A DNA stretch of 63,047 nucleotides, filler included, from Octopus bimaculoides (GCF_001194135.2; 6 parts of 5 records of this genome joined end to end with filler, not necessarily neighbours in it); one strand, 5' to 3'. Shown: positions 13,278 to 27,307, counted from the first letter of the whole stretch. Translations and numbers: made by a program. The notes: generated by a model not told the origin, from the sequence alone.

Positions 13278-13684
13278 ACATGTGCTTGTTTGTGTATGTG
13301 TGTGTGCATATGTTCCCTTGTCTTGATGTGATTGATGTGTTGTGATGTGATGTGATGTGATGTGATGGTTGATGTGGTGTAATGTGATGATGGATGTGAT
13401 GTGATGGTTGCTGTGACAGTTGAGGTGATGTGATATGATGGCTGTACACAAGCATCACTGCTGTAGAAGTGATGGAGTTTGTTTTCAGTCTTCAGTGGAA
13501 AGCATATCTGGTCATGGAAGAAATATTACTTTGCTCAGAAACAAGTGAAGATTGGTGACATGGAGGGTATCTGGTTGAAGAAAATCCATTTCAATGAATT
13601 CTGTCTGATACATGCAAGCATGGAAAAGTGAATGTTAAATGATGATAATGATGACAATGATGATGATGATGATGATGATGATGA

Positions 13685-14092
13685 GGCGCAGGAGTGGCTG
13701 TGTGGTAAGTAGCTTGCTTACCAACGACATGGTTCTGGGTTCAGTCCCACTGCGTGGTATCTTGGGCAAGTGTCTTCTACTATAGCCTCGGGCCGACCAA
13801 AGCCTTGTGACTGGATTTGGTAGATGGAAACTGAAAGAAGCCTGTCGTATATATGTATATATATATGTATGTGTGTATGTGTGTGTATGTCTGTGTTTGT
13901 CCCCCCAACATCGCTTGACAACCGATGCTGGTGTGTTTACATCCCTGTAACTTAGCGGTTCAGCAAAAGAGACCGATAGAATAAGTACTAGGCTTACAAA
14001 GAATAAGTCCTGGGGTTGATTTGCTCGACTAAAGGCGGTGCTCCAGCATGGCCACAGTCAAAAGACTGAAACAAGTAAAAGAGTAAAAGAGT
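13685..14092 (+). mobile_element. SINE family A, full length
   Basis: GGCGCAGGAGTGGCTGTGTGGTAAG (A-box region), GGTTCAGTCCC (B-box), CTTGGGCAAGTGTCTT, internal TA/TG tract, tail GACTGAAACAAGTAAAAGAGTAAAAGAG. Confidence 0.9.
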
Positions 14093-14199
14093 ATGACGGT
14101 GACAACAACAACAACAATAACAATGATAATGTTTGTGATGATGAGGACCATAACGATGATGATGATGATGATGATGATGATGACGATGACAATGCCTGA

Positions 14200-14385
14200 A
14201 ATTTAGCAGGAGGGGGCTAGTTGATTACCTCAACCCAAGTATATGACTGGTATTTATTTTATCGACCCGGAAAGGATGAAAGGTAAAGTCCACTTCAGCA
14301 GAATTTGAACTCAGAACATAGAGACAGACAAAATACACACTAAGCACTTTACCTGACATGCTAACGATACTGCCAGCTCACCACA
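14200..14385 (-). mobile_element. SINE family B
   Basis: Reverse complement of head and core. Confidence 0.75.
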
Positions 14386-14607
14386 TTTCAACACTGAAGT
14401 AGCCTATCAATGACTGACTTGTAAAAATATAGAGCAAAACACTTTGATAAACAAAAAAATAGCTGTTGTTATATAAGTAAGATAGAGTGAAGGAGAGTAT
14501 TGGTGAATGGTTTGTAAAATGAACAATAATAGACTTTGATAACAAAGAACATATGTTATTTATAAAGTAATGTCAAAGAGAAAATGAATATAATTGTGTA
14601 TGATTGA

Positions 14608-14848
14608 GTTCACCAGTCCTCAGTCAAATCGTCCAACCAATGCTAGCATGGAAAGTGGACATTAAACGATGATGATGATGATGATGATGATATATATAAC
14701 TGTATGCATGTTTGTGTATAGGTGTCTAAACTCTGCCAAATCAGATTGGAGCCTGGTGTAGCCATCTGGTTCACCAGTCCTCAGTCAAATCGTCCAACCC
14801 ATGCTAGCATGGAAAGCAGACGTTAAACGATGATGATGATGATGATGA

Positions 14849-14850
<2 letters not shown>
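14608..14850 (+). mobile_element. Two tandem RTE 3' tails (family D)
   Basis: TTCACCAGTCCTCAGTCAAATCGTCCAACC.ATGCTAGCATGGAAAG..GAC.TTAAACGATGATG occurs twice. Confidence 0.85.
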
Positions 14851-15460
<610 letters not shown>

Positions 15461-16990
15461 AAATGTCCTAGTTGTATGGATAGCAAATCATTACATAACC
15501 ACACATTGCCCTTGTTAGCTTGCCACTCCCACATTTGCCTCCCTTTCTTATCTATTTATTTATTTATTCATTTATTCTTTCTCTGGTAGGGTGGGGGAAT
15601 GGGGAATGTGAAGCTATCGGGGTGGGGGTGAGGGTAACCAGGAAGCAATCTGCAGACATTTGGCAAGAATTATGCTGTTGCTAAAATTGTCACTTTTCTG
15701 ATAGGTTTTAAATGTCAGCTAGATTTCTCCATCATGTGATAAACAAAACCAAACCTAATTTCTTTTGAAATCAGTTTCATGCTGAAATGTTTTGGTGTGT
15801 ATATGTATATATATATTTGCTTCTCACCACCCTTTTGTGAGTCCATAATCACGCCAGCGCTTACTTCTGTGGGTCTTCTGTTGTGTTACATTGATGAGAA
15901 ATAAGTCATCTCTTGGACAGAATATCTACCAGGCTATGGCAGGTGAGTTCAGCTTTAATATGTTTAATGGGTAAAGACGGACTATATGTAATCTGAACCT
16001 TCCCCCCCCCCCTTATTTATTAATTTTTTTTTACGGAATCCCACGTTTTAGGCTTTGGAGATTCCGATTCTGAAAAAAATTTGTTTGAAAAATTTCAATT
16101 NNNNNNNNNNNNNNNNNNNNNNNNNNNNNNNNNNNNNNNNNNNNNNNNNNNNNNNNNNNNNNNNNNNNNNNNNNNNNNNNNNNNNNNNNNNNNNNNNNNN
16201 NNNNNNNNNNNNNNNNNNNNNNNNNNNNNNNNNNNNNNNNNNNNNNNNNNNNNNNNNNNNNNNNNNNNNNNNNNNNNNNNNNNNNNNNNNNNNNNNNNNN
16301 NNNNNNNNNNNNNNNNNNNNNNNNNNNNNNNNNNNNNNNNNNNNNNNNNNNNNNNNNNNNNNNNNNNNNNNNNNNNNNNNNNNNNNNNNNNNNNNNNNNN
16401 NNNNNNNNNNNNNNNNNNNNNNNNNNNNNNNNNNNNNNNNNNNNNNNNNNNNNNNNNNNNNNNNNNNNNNNNNNNNNNNNNNNNNNNNNNNNNNNNNNNN
16501 NNNNNNNNNNNNNNNNNNNNNNNNNNNNNNNNNNNNNNNNNNNNNNNNNNNNNNNNNNNNNNNNNNNNNNNNNNNNNNNNNNNNNNNNNNNNNNNNNNNN
16601 NNNNNNNNNNNNNNNNNNNNNNNNNNNNNNNNNNNNNNNNNNNNNNNNNNNNNNNNNNNNNNNNNNNNNNNNNNNNNNNNNNNNNNNNNNNNNNNNNNNN
16701 NNNNNNNNNNNNNNNNNNNNNNNNNNNNNNNNNNNNNNNNNNNNNNNNNNNNNNNNNNNNNNNNNNNNNNNNNNNNNNNNNNNNNNNNNNNNNNNNNNNN
16801 NNNNNNNNNNNNNNNNNNNNNNNNNNNNNNNNNNNNNNNNNNNNNNNNNNNNNNNNNNNNNNNNNNNNNNNNNNNNNNNNNNNNNNNNNNNNNNNNNNNN
16901 NNNNNNNNNNNNNNNNNNNGTTTGTGAGATAAATTTGCTCCCTTTTATTCTCGGCACTCACATGTAATATGTCTGGAAAAAGGTAATATT

Positions 16991-17422
16991 TACTCTTTTA
17001 CTCTTTCACTCTTTTACATGTTTCAGTCATTTGACTGTGGCCATGCTGGAGCACTGCCTTTAGTCGAGCAAATCGACCCCCAGGACTTGTTCTTTGGAAG
17101 CCTAGTACTTATTCTATCAGTCTCTTCTGCTGAACCACTAAGTTACGGGGATGTAAACATACCAGCATCAGTTGTCAAGCGATGTTGGGGGGACAAACAC
17201 AGACACACAAACATATACACACACATACATACATATATATATATATATATACATATATACAGCAGGCTTCTTTCAGTTTCCGTCTACCAAATCCACTCAC
17301 AAGGCTTTGGTCGGCCCAAGGCTATAGTAGAAGTCACTTGCCCAAGGTGCCACACAGTGGGACTGAACCCAGAATCATGTCGTTGGTAAGCAAGCTACTT
17401 GCCACACACCCACTCCTGTGCC
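16991..17422 (-). mobile_element. SINE family A, full length
   Basis: Reverse complement of the 13685 copy from head to tail. Confidence 0.9.
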
Positions 17423-17499
17423 TTGTTCAAATTTTCAAAATAATAAGCAAAAAAGCTAATAAAACTCATAAAACACTACAATAAAAATATTTTTTGTAA

Positions 17500-17730
17500 T
17501 AATTTAACACTATTATTTAAATCAACCATATCTGGCCCAAATATTTTTCTTGTTTTATGTTCAAACTGGCCAGGTCCAGTCAATCACACCTACCCAACAA
17601 TGTCATTCTAAAAATAAACAATAATATCATTGAAATCTCAAAGCCATGAGGTAATACTTGATTAATTCAAAACAATATGCATAAATAAGCGTTACATCTG
17701 ACAGAGTAATCTGAAGGCTAAAGATCTAGA
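17500..17730 (-). mobile_element. Degenerate MITE, possibly piggyBac-like
   Basis: Body aligns by eye with 45746-45965 (CAGATTACTCTG...GAATGACATTG..GGGTAGGTGTGA...CCAGTTTGAAC); decayed TTAA-like ends. Confidence 0.45.
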
Positions 17731-20325
17731 TAACAATGGATTAAGATAAATGGTAACTGAAAACCCAATGTATATGCTTGTTTACTTTGTACCCATGAAA
17801 CTCTCAGACTTAATCCCACTGCATGGACCCATGTTTGAGTGTCTGTTATCATAGCTTCAAATTGCCCTAAGCCTTACAAGGGAAATAGGGTCCCAAGAAT
17901 CTGGACTGAAATGGGACAGAAACCGTGGAAGCCCTTCAGATGGATTATACCTGTATTGTTAATCTAAAGGTTGAGTTTGTGACACTGTCACTTTGATTTT
18001 GGTTGAGAATTACATTAAGGATAGACATATCTGTAGAATGTTCAGGTGTAGGAAAACAGAATTGTTTAATTATGAAATTTTGAAGAAAAGCTATGGGTAA
18101 TTTAATGTTAACATATCTAATGTGTATATATTTCCATTTAACTTTTGATGTTTCTTGCATTATACATATTCCCATTGACTTGCCTAGTGTTTGCAGTGTT
18201 TTTTTAATGATATCAAGCTGTATTGGCCCTTTGGCAGCCATTCATAGAAAAGAGAAGAGAGACTCACTTGAATAGGCAACAGTTAACTTTCCTCAAATGA
18301 TCTTGCCCAGGTCTGCCTTTACCAACGGTGGCCCTGTTGATTGAAGGAGGAAGAGCAGTATGCATAGTTTGTTCTTTCAGGGCCTCCATGATATGTGGAG
18401 GAAGGGCTTTATTATTCTCTAAGTGGAGATTTGGCCAAAATATTAGCAATAGAGTGGACTCTGTGAAAGGCATCTGAGGGCCAGGTGGTCAACAAACTAG
18501 GTTTACCATCCAAAAACAAAAGTAGCCTGTCCAATTGACTTCTACCACCATCACCACCAACAACATGCTTGCAAAATTCATTGAAACATATCATCAATGG
18601 CTGAATGCTCTTTCTGTTACTAATCTTCATCTGTCTCAAAGCAAAATAGATATTATTCTAGTCCTTCAAACATGACCAACACTACAGCCAGACATTTCTT
18701 CATGGAAGATTGCAGTGATATTTGTTTAAAATTAGTATGCAACATCAAGCCATGTTGACAAAATCATACATACACGCACTCAACTCATACTCACACACTC
18801 ACACACACATTAAGAGCCCATTAAGAAAAGAGGCATATGATAGATGCAGACAATAAGTGTGCAGACTGGACCAGATAGCTAAAATCCAATGTCGACAGAA
18901 GGGAGATGAAGTCCAGGCAAATATTTACTTTCATGTATATATATATATATATATATCACCAACATCATCATTGTCATATCATCACTTAACATTCATGTTC
19001 CCTACTGGCATAGTTTGGATGGTTTCCCAAGGATCTGATGAGTCCAAGGACTGCCTCATTCTCTAGTGTTTAAATTGACATGATTTCTATAGCTGGATAA
19101 CCTTCCTAACACTAACCACTTTACAGTGTGTATGGGATGCTTTTTTTCCATGGCACCAGCATTATTGAGACCTCCATGCAGCTTGCAGATCTATAAAATA
19201 TGAGGAATGTGTGGGGGAGTGCATCCTTATATTAGATAGTAGTTAATGTATGAGGAAAGTGGTTGGAATAGACCAGGTTCTTGTAGAAGAGCTACATTGC
19301 TATTCATATTTTTAGAAGAGAGAGTGAGAATGAAATAGCATCTTCAAAGAAATAAATAGTGGTGATGAGTTGTTCAGGTGACACCTCAAGGTATGAAGGG
19401 AGTAATTGTGGGGTGGGGTGGGGGGNNNNNNNNNNNNNNNNNNNNNNNNNNNNNNNNNNNNNNNNNNNNNNNNNNNNNNNNNNNNNNNNNNNNNNNNNNN
19501 NNNNNNNNNNNNNNNNNNNNNNNNNNNNNNNNNNNNNNNNNNNNNNNNNNNNNNNNNNNNNNNNNNNNNNNNNNNNNNNNNNNNNNNNNNNNNNNNNNNN
19601 NNNNNNNNNNNNNNNNNNNNNNNNNNNNNNNNNNNNNNNNNNNNNNNNNNNNNNNNNNNNNNNNNNNNNNNNNNNNNNNNNNNNNNNNNNNNNNNNNNNN
19701 NNNNNNNNNNNNNNNNNNNNNNNNNNNNNNNNNNNNNNNNNNNNNNNNNNNNNNNNNNNNNNNNNNNNNNNNNNNNNNNNNNNNNNNNNNNNNNNNNNNN
19801 NNNNNNNNNNNNNNNNNNNNNNNNNNNNNNNNNNNNNNNNNNNNNNNNNNNNNNNNNNNNNNNNNNNNNNNNNNNNNNNNNNNNNNNNNNNNNNNNNNNN
19901 NNNNNNNNNNNNNNNNNNNNNNNNNNNNNNNNNNNNNNNNNNNNNNNNNNNNNNNNNNNNNNNNNNNNNNNNNNNNNNNNNNNNNNNNNNNNNNNNNNNN
20001 NNNNNNNNNNNNNNNNNNNNNNNNNNNNNNNNNNNNNNNNNNNNNNNNNNNNNNNNNNNNNNNNNNNNNNNNNNNNNNNNNNNNNNNNNNNNNNNNNNNN
20101 NNNNNNNNNNNNNNNATTTATATACCATACCATTTATCTTTATGTAATCGTTCAGGCTCTGTGCATATTGTTAGATGTATTTAAGAACCACGATGCTGTT
20201 TTATGAGAAAACTTAAAAAAAAAAGAATGAGAAGCAAGATGTGAAAAAGGTAAATGCAAAAAGTGGAACATGAAGAAAGAAACGTAAGAAAAGGAAGATC
20301 TTCATCACCTTTGTCTGTTGTCAAC

Positions 20326-20568
20326 ATAATCATCAACATCATCATCGTTTAACGTCCGCTTTCCATGCTGGCATGGGTTGGATGATTTGACTGAGGACTG
20401 GTGAAACCAGATGGCTACATCAGGTTCCAATCTGATCTGGCAGAGTTTCTACAGCTGGATGTCCTTCTAATGCCAACCACTCTGAGAGTGTAGTGGGTGC
20501 TTTTACGTGCCACCGGCACGAGGGCCAGTCAGGCAGTACTGGCAATGGCCATGCTCAAAATGGTGTAA
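20326..20568 (-). mobile_element. RTE 3' tail (family D)
   Basis: CATCATCGTTTAACGTCCGCTTTCCATGCTGGCATGGGTTGG...CTGGATGTCCTTCTAATGCCAACC. Confidence 0.85.
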
Positions 20569-20589
20569 TAATTAATCTAGCTGGTGTAT

Positions 20590-22053
20590 AATAATAAAAC
20601 AGAGTGGAGGCCAAAGTTTGTGAGATAGTTATTCAATTTGGAGTGGGTGGTGTCCTCTAGTTCAACAAAATGTCTTCGCATTTCCTAAAAAGTTCAGATC
20701 TGGAATTAAGTAGTGTGGTGGAATTCTGGAACCTCAAAACAATATGCAATTTTCAGCTACGCATAACTTGCATCTATTTGACCCAGTTATATATGGCATA
20801 GATTTCTTCACTTGGTTGTATGTGGTGTGCAGTTGATCTTCAGCTCCCATACTCAGCTACCTAACTTACTGGCTGTATTTTTATCACTGTGGTGGAAAGA
20901 AGGCTGGTGGTTTGCATTGACATGATTTTTCTTCTCAGTTACATTTTCTTAGAACACTGCTGTAACTCCAGCTTTGTAAACAACAAGCCTGATAAATGGG
21001 CAAGCTTTGTTATCTTGACAGTTACAACAGGGAGTGGGCTCTTGGTGTGACTTGCAAGTGATATGTCCTTCATATAGGGGCAACAACTGAATTAAATTTT
21101 TGTCAAGGTACCGGCATGGCAGTGTGGTAAGAAACTTGCTTCTTAACCACATGGTTTGGGGTTCAGTCCCACTGTGTGGTACCTTGGACAAGTGTCTTCT
21201 ACACTAGCCTTGAACCAACCAAAGTCTTGTGATTTGATTTAGTACGCAGAAACTAAAAGAAGCCCATCATATATATGTATGTATATTTCTATATCTATGT
21301 GTGTGTGTCTTTGTGTCTGTGTTTGAAGCAAGTAAAAGATAAAAGGTACGTGTCTATTAAAAATCTTCCTGTATTTGTGGTTTACTGGAAAATGCTTATT
21401 TAATAATGCCAGAAATTTCTTGCCTATGTTAGTTTTAAAATTTAAGGAGACAGGGGCTGGATGAACCATATTGTTTATCTATTTTTGGGCCTCATATTTT
21501 TAACTGAAGGGTTATATGATATCTTGTCTTTGAAGTTGCTCTTAGCTAGAGCATCATTATAGTAGGGGACTGCTTTATTAAATATTTCCTTTGAAGAGGT
21601 GAGCTTCTCATTCGATTTATGATAGGGTTCATAAGAGTGTCAGTCTGAGTCTAGGGAAACATCTAAGAAATCAAATTTGGACAAATTAATAGATACAGTA
21701 ATTTTGATGCATAATTGACTAAAGGTATACATGAATTTTTACTTAAATTTATTGAGTGTATGTCAATCACAGTCATGAGATATGCCCAAACCACCATCAT
21801 GCTGTAAGCCAATGTTGTGGGTGAGGAACTTAGATCTCAAGGTATCCAATATATGGAGACCTACAAGATCATTGATGTCTGCACTGTCATTGATAGCATT
21901 GGTAGCACTGATATCTCAAACAGGTCATCCTTATTAGATTTTTTAACCCATGTAGAGCCTTTGCTGAATAGAAGGTTTTTTGCACATGTAGTCAATATTG
22001 GTATATCAAACCATCCAACCCATGCCAGCATGGAAAGTGGACATAAAATGATA

Positions 22054-22097
<44 letters not shown>

Positions 22098-22190
22098 ATA
22101 TGGTGGACTCCCCTGTCAACAATGATGAATGAGCATTCAGCTTTTGCCAAACAACCTGCACAAAAAAATGAGTTGTCTATATTGATCAAA
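20590..22190 (-). mobile_element. Penelope-like element relic (RT + GIY-YIG), interrupted by SINE A (21110-21330) and an RTE tail (22010-22100)
   Basis: Minus-strand fragments KNLLFSKGSTWVKKSNKDDLFE, SLNFKTNIGKKFLALLNKHFPVNHKYRKIFNRH and PCCNCQDNKACPF..VVYKAGVT; similar motifs at 46430-48120. Confidence 0.8.
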
Positions 22191-22224
22191 TGTTTGTGCC
22201 ACTCATAAGCTCTTTCTCACCATC

Positions 22225-22395
22225 AAATCGATGTTGTCTGATCAGGTGCACTGTGTGACATGCATCAGATGTCAAAGCGATTGCAGAGCAGCATGGGATG
22301 AAGCGTTTTGCTCCAGAACACAACGCACCAACTGGTCTAAGAATTGAAATCACAATCTCGTGATCGTAAGTCCAACACCCTAATCACTAGGCCAA
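22225..22395 (-). mobile_element. tRNA-derived SINE 5' part (related head at 24290-24412)
   Basis: Minus strand TAGTGATTAGGGTGTTGGACTTACGATCACGAGATTGTGATTTCAATTCTTAGACC. Confidence 0.6.
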
Positions 22396-22809
22396 ACTTA
22401 TGTACATGCTCGCGTATGTATACATAATAATAGATTTCAATAAAAGGTGGGTGAATGTAGCAAAGATGGTACAAGTGAATGACAAAACAACTTTGAACAT
22501 GATCCTGCAAACCCAAAAGAGAGAGAGAGACCGCTTTGCTCTCATGTGTTTCTTTACCTGCCTGAGGTTACCGTGGTCTTTTTTGTAGGTTTTTCTTTCC
22601 ACGGATAAACCTAATCTGTTTTGCATTTTTACTCTCCCTTATTTTGCTGTTTACATGTCCCAAACACTTTCAATCCCTTTTGATCGTGTTTTTTTTTCTT
22701 TTCTTTCTCTCTTTCGAAAAGTAAAGTTCTACATTGTATTCTCCCCTCTGCGTTCGGCCCTGTGTGGCTAATAAAATAGTCAGAACAATGAAGGTGTATT
22801 TTCTTTAAT

Positions 22810-23223
22810 AGGAGTGGCTGTGTGGTAAGTAGCTTGCTTACCAACCACATGGTTCCGAGTTCAGTCCCACTGCATGGCACCTTGGGCAGGTGTCTTCTAC
22901 TATAGCCTCGGGCCGACCAAAGCCTTGTGAGTGGATTCGGTAGACAGAAACTGAAAGAAGTCCGTCATATATATGTATATATAGATATATGTATGTGTGT
23001 GTGTGTGTGTGTTTGTGTGTCTGTGTTTGTCTCCCCAACATCGCTTGACAACCAATGCTGGTGTGTTTACGTCCCTGTAACTTAGCGGTTCGGAAAAAGA
23101 GACTGATAGAATAAGTACTAGGCTTCCAAAGAATAAGTCCTGGGTTCGATTTACTCGACTAAAGGCGGTGCTCCAGCATGGCCACAGTCAAATGACTGAA
23201 ACATGCAAAAAGAGTAAAAGAGA
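22810..23223 (+). mobile_element. SINE family A, full length
   Basis: Highly similar to the 13685 and 42076 copies. Confidence 0.9.
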
Positions 23224-24079
23224 TATAAGGTGTGGACTATCCTAAGGAAATACTGAATAATACTTAAGTCCTTTTATCATTTTTTGTGTGTGTGTTGTTC
23301 CTTAGCACTAAAGAGTGTCTCTTATGCTTGACAATGATCAATGCACATATGAATAAAAAAAAAGTAAAAACATGAGATAAAAAGATTTAAGCGGTATTTT
23401 ATCTAGTTTCCTTGGTAAAATTCTGACATATATATCTCTGTGTGTGAGTGCGTGTGTGTGCATGAGTGTGTATGTGTGTTTGTGTGTGTGTGTGTGTGTG
23501 TGCATGAATGTGTATGCGTGTGTGTGTGTGTGTGTGTGCGTGTGTACGCATATACAAAGGAAAGAAAAATATCTCCATTATCTGAAGTTAATTATTCTAT
23601 CATTATTAATATATTTCCCTGTACACTATTATATTATGATTGCTTNNNNNNNNNNNNNNNNNNNNNNNNNNNNNNNNNNNNNNNNNNNNNNNNNNNNNNN
23701 NNNNNNNNNNNNNNNNNNNNNNNNNNNNNNNNNNNNNNNNNNNNNNNNNNNNNNNNNNNNNNNNNNNNNNNNNNNNNNNNNNNNNNNNNNNNNNNNNNNN
23801 NNNNNNNNNNNNNNNNNNNNNNNNNNNNNNNNNNNNNNNNNNNNNNNNNNNNNNNNNNNNNNNNNNNNNNNNNNNNNNNNNNNNNNNNNNNNNNNNNNNN
23901 NNNNNNNNNNNNNNNNNNNNNNNNNNNNNNNNNNNNNNNNNNNNNNNATATATATACATACATACACACATATATATGCATATACATGCATATATATACA
24001 CACACACAGATATATATATATATGTATACATCATATATACATATATATATATGTATACATATATGCATGCATGCATACA

Positions 24080-24112
<33 letters not shown>

Positions 24113-24919
24113 GCACACACACACACACGCACACACACACGCACACACACACACACACACAAACACGTACACACACTAGACACTGAGGCTCAGCTCTGAT
24201 CTCAAAAGAGACATCTAAATGTGTGGTTGGAGAGATGAGATGTAATTTTTTCCTGCATGTCTCTTTTCTTGTTATTTTTCCCTGTAAGTGCTGGGCATAT
24301 TTCTTCACATTATCTTCAATCTCAGCGCAAGAACACAACGAACCACCCAGTCTAGGGATTGAAATCATGATCTACGGATCGTGAGTGCAACACCCTAATC
24401 ATTAAGCCATCCACCCTGACTGTGTGTANNNNNNNNNNNNNNNNNNNNNNNNNNNNNNNNNNNNNNNNNNNNNNNNNNNNNNNNNNNNNNNNNNNNNNNN
24501 NNNNNNNNNNNNNNNNNNNNNNNNNNNNNNNNNNNNNNNNNNNNNNNNNNNNNNNNNNNNNNNNNNNNNNNNNNNNNNNNNNNNNNNNNNNNNNNNNNNN
24601 NNNNNNNNNNNNNNNNNNNNNNNNNNNNNNNNNNNNNNNNNNNNNNNNNNNNNNNNNNNNNNNNNNNNNNNNNNNNNNNNNNNNNNNNNNNNTAGAAAAT
24701 GCTAAAATAATTTTATATAAAAAAATATTTCAGTACCAGTTTCGGTCATTGAGACTTTTTCAACTGCAAGTATGGAAAAGAATTAAATTTTGGAAAAATG
24801 AAATGAAAAGTTTTTTAAAGAATATTTGCATAGTATTCAAATGCAAGGAGCATTTTCCTTGTTTCTGCCTGTCTCTGTCTCTCTTGTTTACTCTTGTGAG
24901 TTCGAGGTCGACCTCAATA

Positions 24920-25225
24920 TAGTGCTACAAATCATCACAGATCCTCTCCCATGTTGAACAGTTGGAAGAAAGCAGTCTGGGTCAAATGCTTCTTGTGGTT
25001 GTCTCCGCACTTATATTTGGCTGATGATTGGAAATAAGAATGACTCGTCCGAGAAAATAACATTCGTCCACTGCTCTAGGGACCAATTCTGTAGGTTTTT
25101 ACTCCACTCTAAACACTTTGCAACATTTGTTTTTGAAAGTAGTGGCTTTCTGATCGCAGCCCTTCCATGAAATCCAGCTTTGTGCAGCTCCTGGCAAACA
25201 GCTTTATGGTGCTTTTAACTTACCA
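24920..25225 (-). pseudogene. Tc1-family transposase fragment
   Basis: Minus strand ELHKAGFHGRAAIRKPLLSKTNVAKCLEWSKNLQNWSLEQWTNVIFSDES...FLPTVQHGRGSVMI (first catalytic Asp in FSDES). Confidence 0.85.
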
Positions 25226-26082
25226 CTGGCATGGGTGCCAATCAGGTGGTACTGTCATTGGCCACAACAGCGATTTCACTTGCCTCAAGAGGTTTATTAT
25301 CCAATGACGGAAGGGTACTCTTAAATGAGCTGGTTTATACAGCACTGGCATAGGCCATAGTTATAGTCTCAATTGACTTGCCGGGTCTTCTCAAAGCACA
25401 GCATATCTCCAAAAGTCTCGGTCACTTGTCATTGCCTCGGTGAGACCCAATGTTTGAAGGTCGTGCTTCATCCCAGGTCTTCCTGGGTCTACCTCTTCCA
25501 CAGGTTCCCCCAACTGCTAGGGTGTGACACTTTTTCACGCAGCTGTCCTCATCTATTTGCAGCTGTATCTCTTGCACACCATATCTGATACTTCTTAAGC
25601 CCAACTTTTCTCACAGGGCACTTACACTCTGTTGTGCATGCAGCCTGACATTACACATCCAGCAGAGCATACTGGCTTCATTCCTTGCAAGCTTACACAT
25701 GTCCTCAGCAGACACAGACCATGATTCACTGTCATATAGCATAGCTGTTCACACACATGCGTCTTACAGTCTATCTTACAGTCTACTTTTACTCTGAGCG
25801 AGAGGCCCTTTCTCACCAGCAGAGGTAGGAGCTCTTTGAATTATGCCTAGGCTATCCTTACTCTAACAGTTACACTTTCAGAGCATCCACCCCCGTTACT
25901 GACGTGGGCACCTAGGTAACAGAAGATATCAACTACTTGTAGTTTTTCTCCCCGGAATGTGACGGAAGCTATTTACTGCACGTTTTCAGTGTTTATTGCT
26001 CCTGAGCACTTGCCACACAAAAACTGACTTCTCAGTTACCCTTCCTTTGATATTGCTGCACCTCTTATGTGTCCATAGCTTA
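25200..26082 (-). mobile_element. RTE-clade LINE fragment (end of RT, C-terminus and start of 3' UTR)
   Basis: KLWTHKRCSNIKGR...CGKCSG, EKLQVVDIFCYLG, KGLSLRVK and CHTLAVGGTCGRGRPRKTWDE; the 3' UTR runs into the family D sequence. Confidence 0.85.
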
Positions 26083-26100
26083 TATATATATATATATATA

Positions 26101-26330
26101 TATGGCACATAAAAGACACCATTTCGAGCGTGGCCGTTTTCGTGCGGGTGACACGTAAAAGCACCCACTACACTCTCTGAGTGGTTGGCGTTAGGAAGGG
26201 CATCCAGTAGTAGAAACTCTGCCAAATTAGATTGGAGCCTGGTGTAGCCATCCGGTTGCACCAGTCCTCAGTCAAATCGTCCAACCCATGCTAGCATGGA
26301 AAGCGGACGTTAAACGATGATGATGATGAT
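26101..26330 (+). mobile_element. RTE 3' tail (family D)
   Basis: Ends GCTAGCATGGAAAGCGGACGTTAAACGATGATGATG. Confidence 0.9.
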
Positions 26331-26378
26331 ATATATATATATATATATTATGCATATATATATAATATATAGATATAC

Positions 26379-26429
<51 letters not shown>

Positions 26430-26447
26430 CACACACACACACCTACC

Positions 26448-27005
26448 TAAAAGAGGTTTAAGGATAGCGTAAGGACTACTATGAAGTCACTTGAAATGGT
26501 TCCAGAAGATATAGAAACCCTTGCTTCGGATCGAGTTGGATGGCGAACAAAGGTGTAGAGTGGAGTAAAAGTATTTGAAGAGGCCAGGATAAGGCAAATA
26601 AGACTCAAAAGAGATCTAAGGAAGAATGTAACAATCGAGAAGGTGAATGACAATGACCTTTTTGTGTGCACAGTCTGTGACAGACCATGCCTGTCTTTTG
26701 CTGGCCTCAAATCTCATCTGCGAAGGTATGGAAAACGAACCTCCACCAACTATTCTGCCAATATGTCTGTGCACACCTTTTGAATGCAGTGTATGCCAGA
26801 AGGTTTGCAAATCCAATGGAGGCCTCAAAAGACATTTTAAGATCCACAAAGATCAGAACTTATCTGCAGATCTTGGTGAACCAAATCAGAGCTGCAATTT
26901 ATGTGGGTGTCTTTTCAGAACATTGTCTGGTTTTAAAAGCCATATGAGAAGCCATGATGGTGCTAAGGTGTAGGTACAGGAGGTGGTCAAACTCTGTATA
27001 AGGAG
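26448..27005 (+). mobile_element. RTE-type LINE C-terminus with three C2H2 zinc fingers
   Basis: KRFKDSVRTTMK...ETLASDRVGWR...FEEARI is a typical RTE C-terminus. It is followed by CTVCDRPCLSFAGLKSHLRR, CSVCQKVCKSNGGLKRHFKIH and CNLCGCLFRTLSGFKSHMRSH. One stop and one frameshift. Confidence 0.8.
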
Positions 27006-27257
27006 NNNNNNNNNNCGTTTAAATATACTTTCAGTCTGGCAACTACTTAAATACTCTCTTGTTACGTACTTGAAATAAATGGAAATTCCTGCTAAACTGT
27101 ATTGGATGGTGGACGTGATTGCACAAGTTCATACTTAAGCATCATCAGTCAGTAAATGGGATGCCTTCTTAGCCTTTCGAGGCTATGTTCAGTAGATGTT
27201 TCAAGTCCAGGAAATTAAGAGAGGAAAAATACTCTTAATGGCTTCAACGTGTGTGTG

Positions 27258-27297
<40 letters not shown>

Positions 27298-27307
27298 NNN
27301 NNNNNNN

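Noticed and set aside
17945-18639. Three minus-strand ORFs of ordinary composition
   Set aside because: No recognisable motif or convincing splice sites; could be an old element but cannot be supported.
19035-19051. CTGATGAGTCCAAGGAC, resembling a hammerhead core plus stem II
   Set aside because: The required GAAA does not follow (TGCC instead), and there are no stems I/III.
26647-26973. C2H2 zinc-finger ORF as a host transcription factor
   Set aside because: It is contiguous with an RTE LINE C-terminus and carries a frameshift; treated as retrotransposon sequence.
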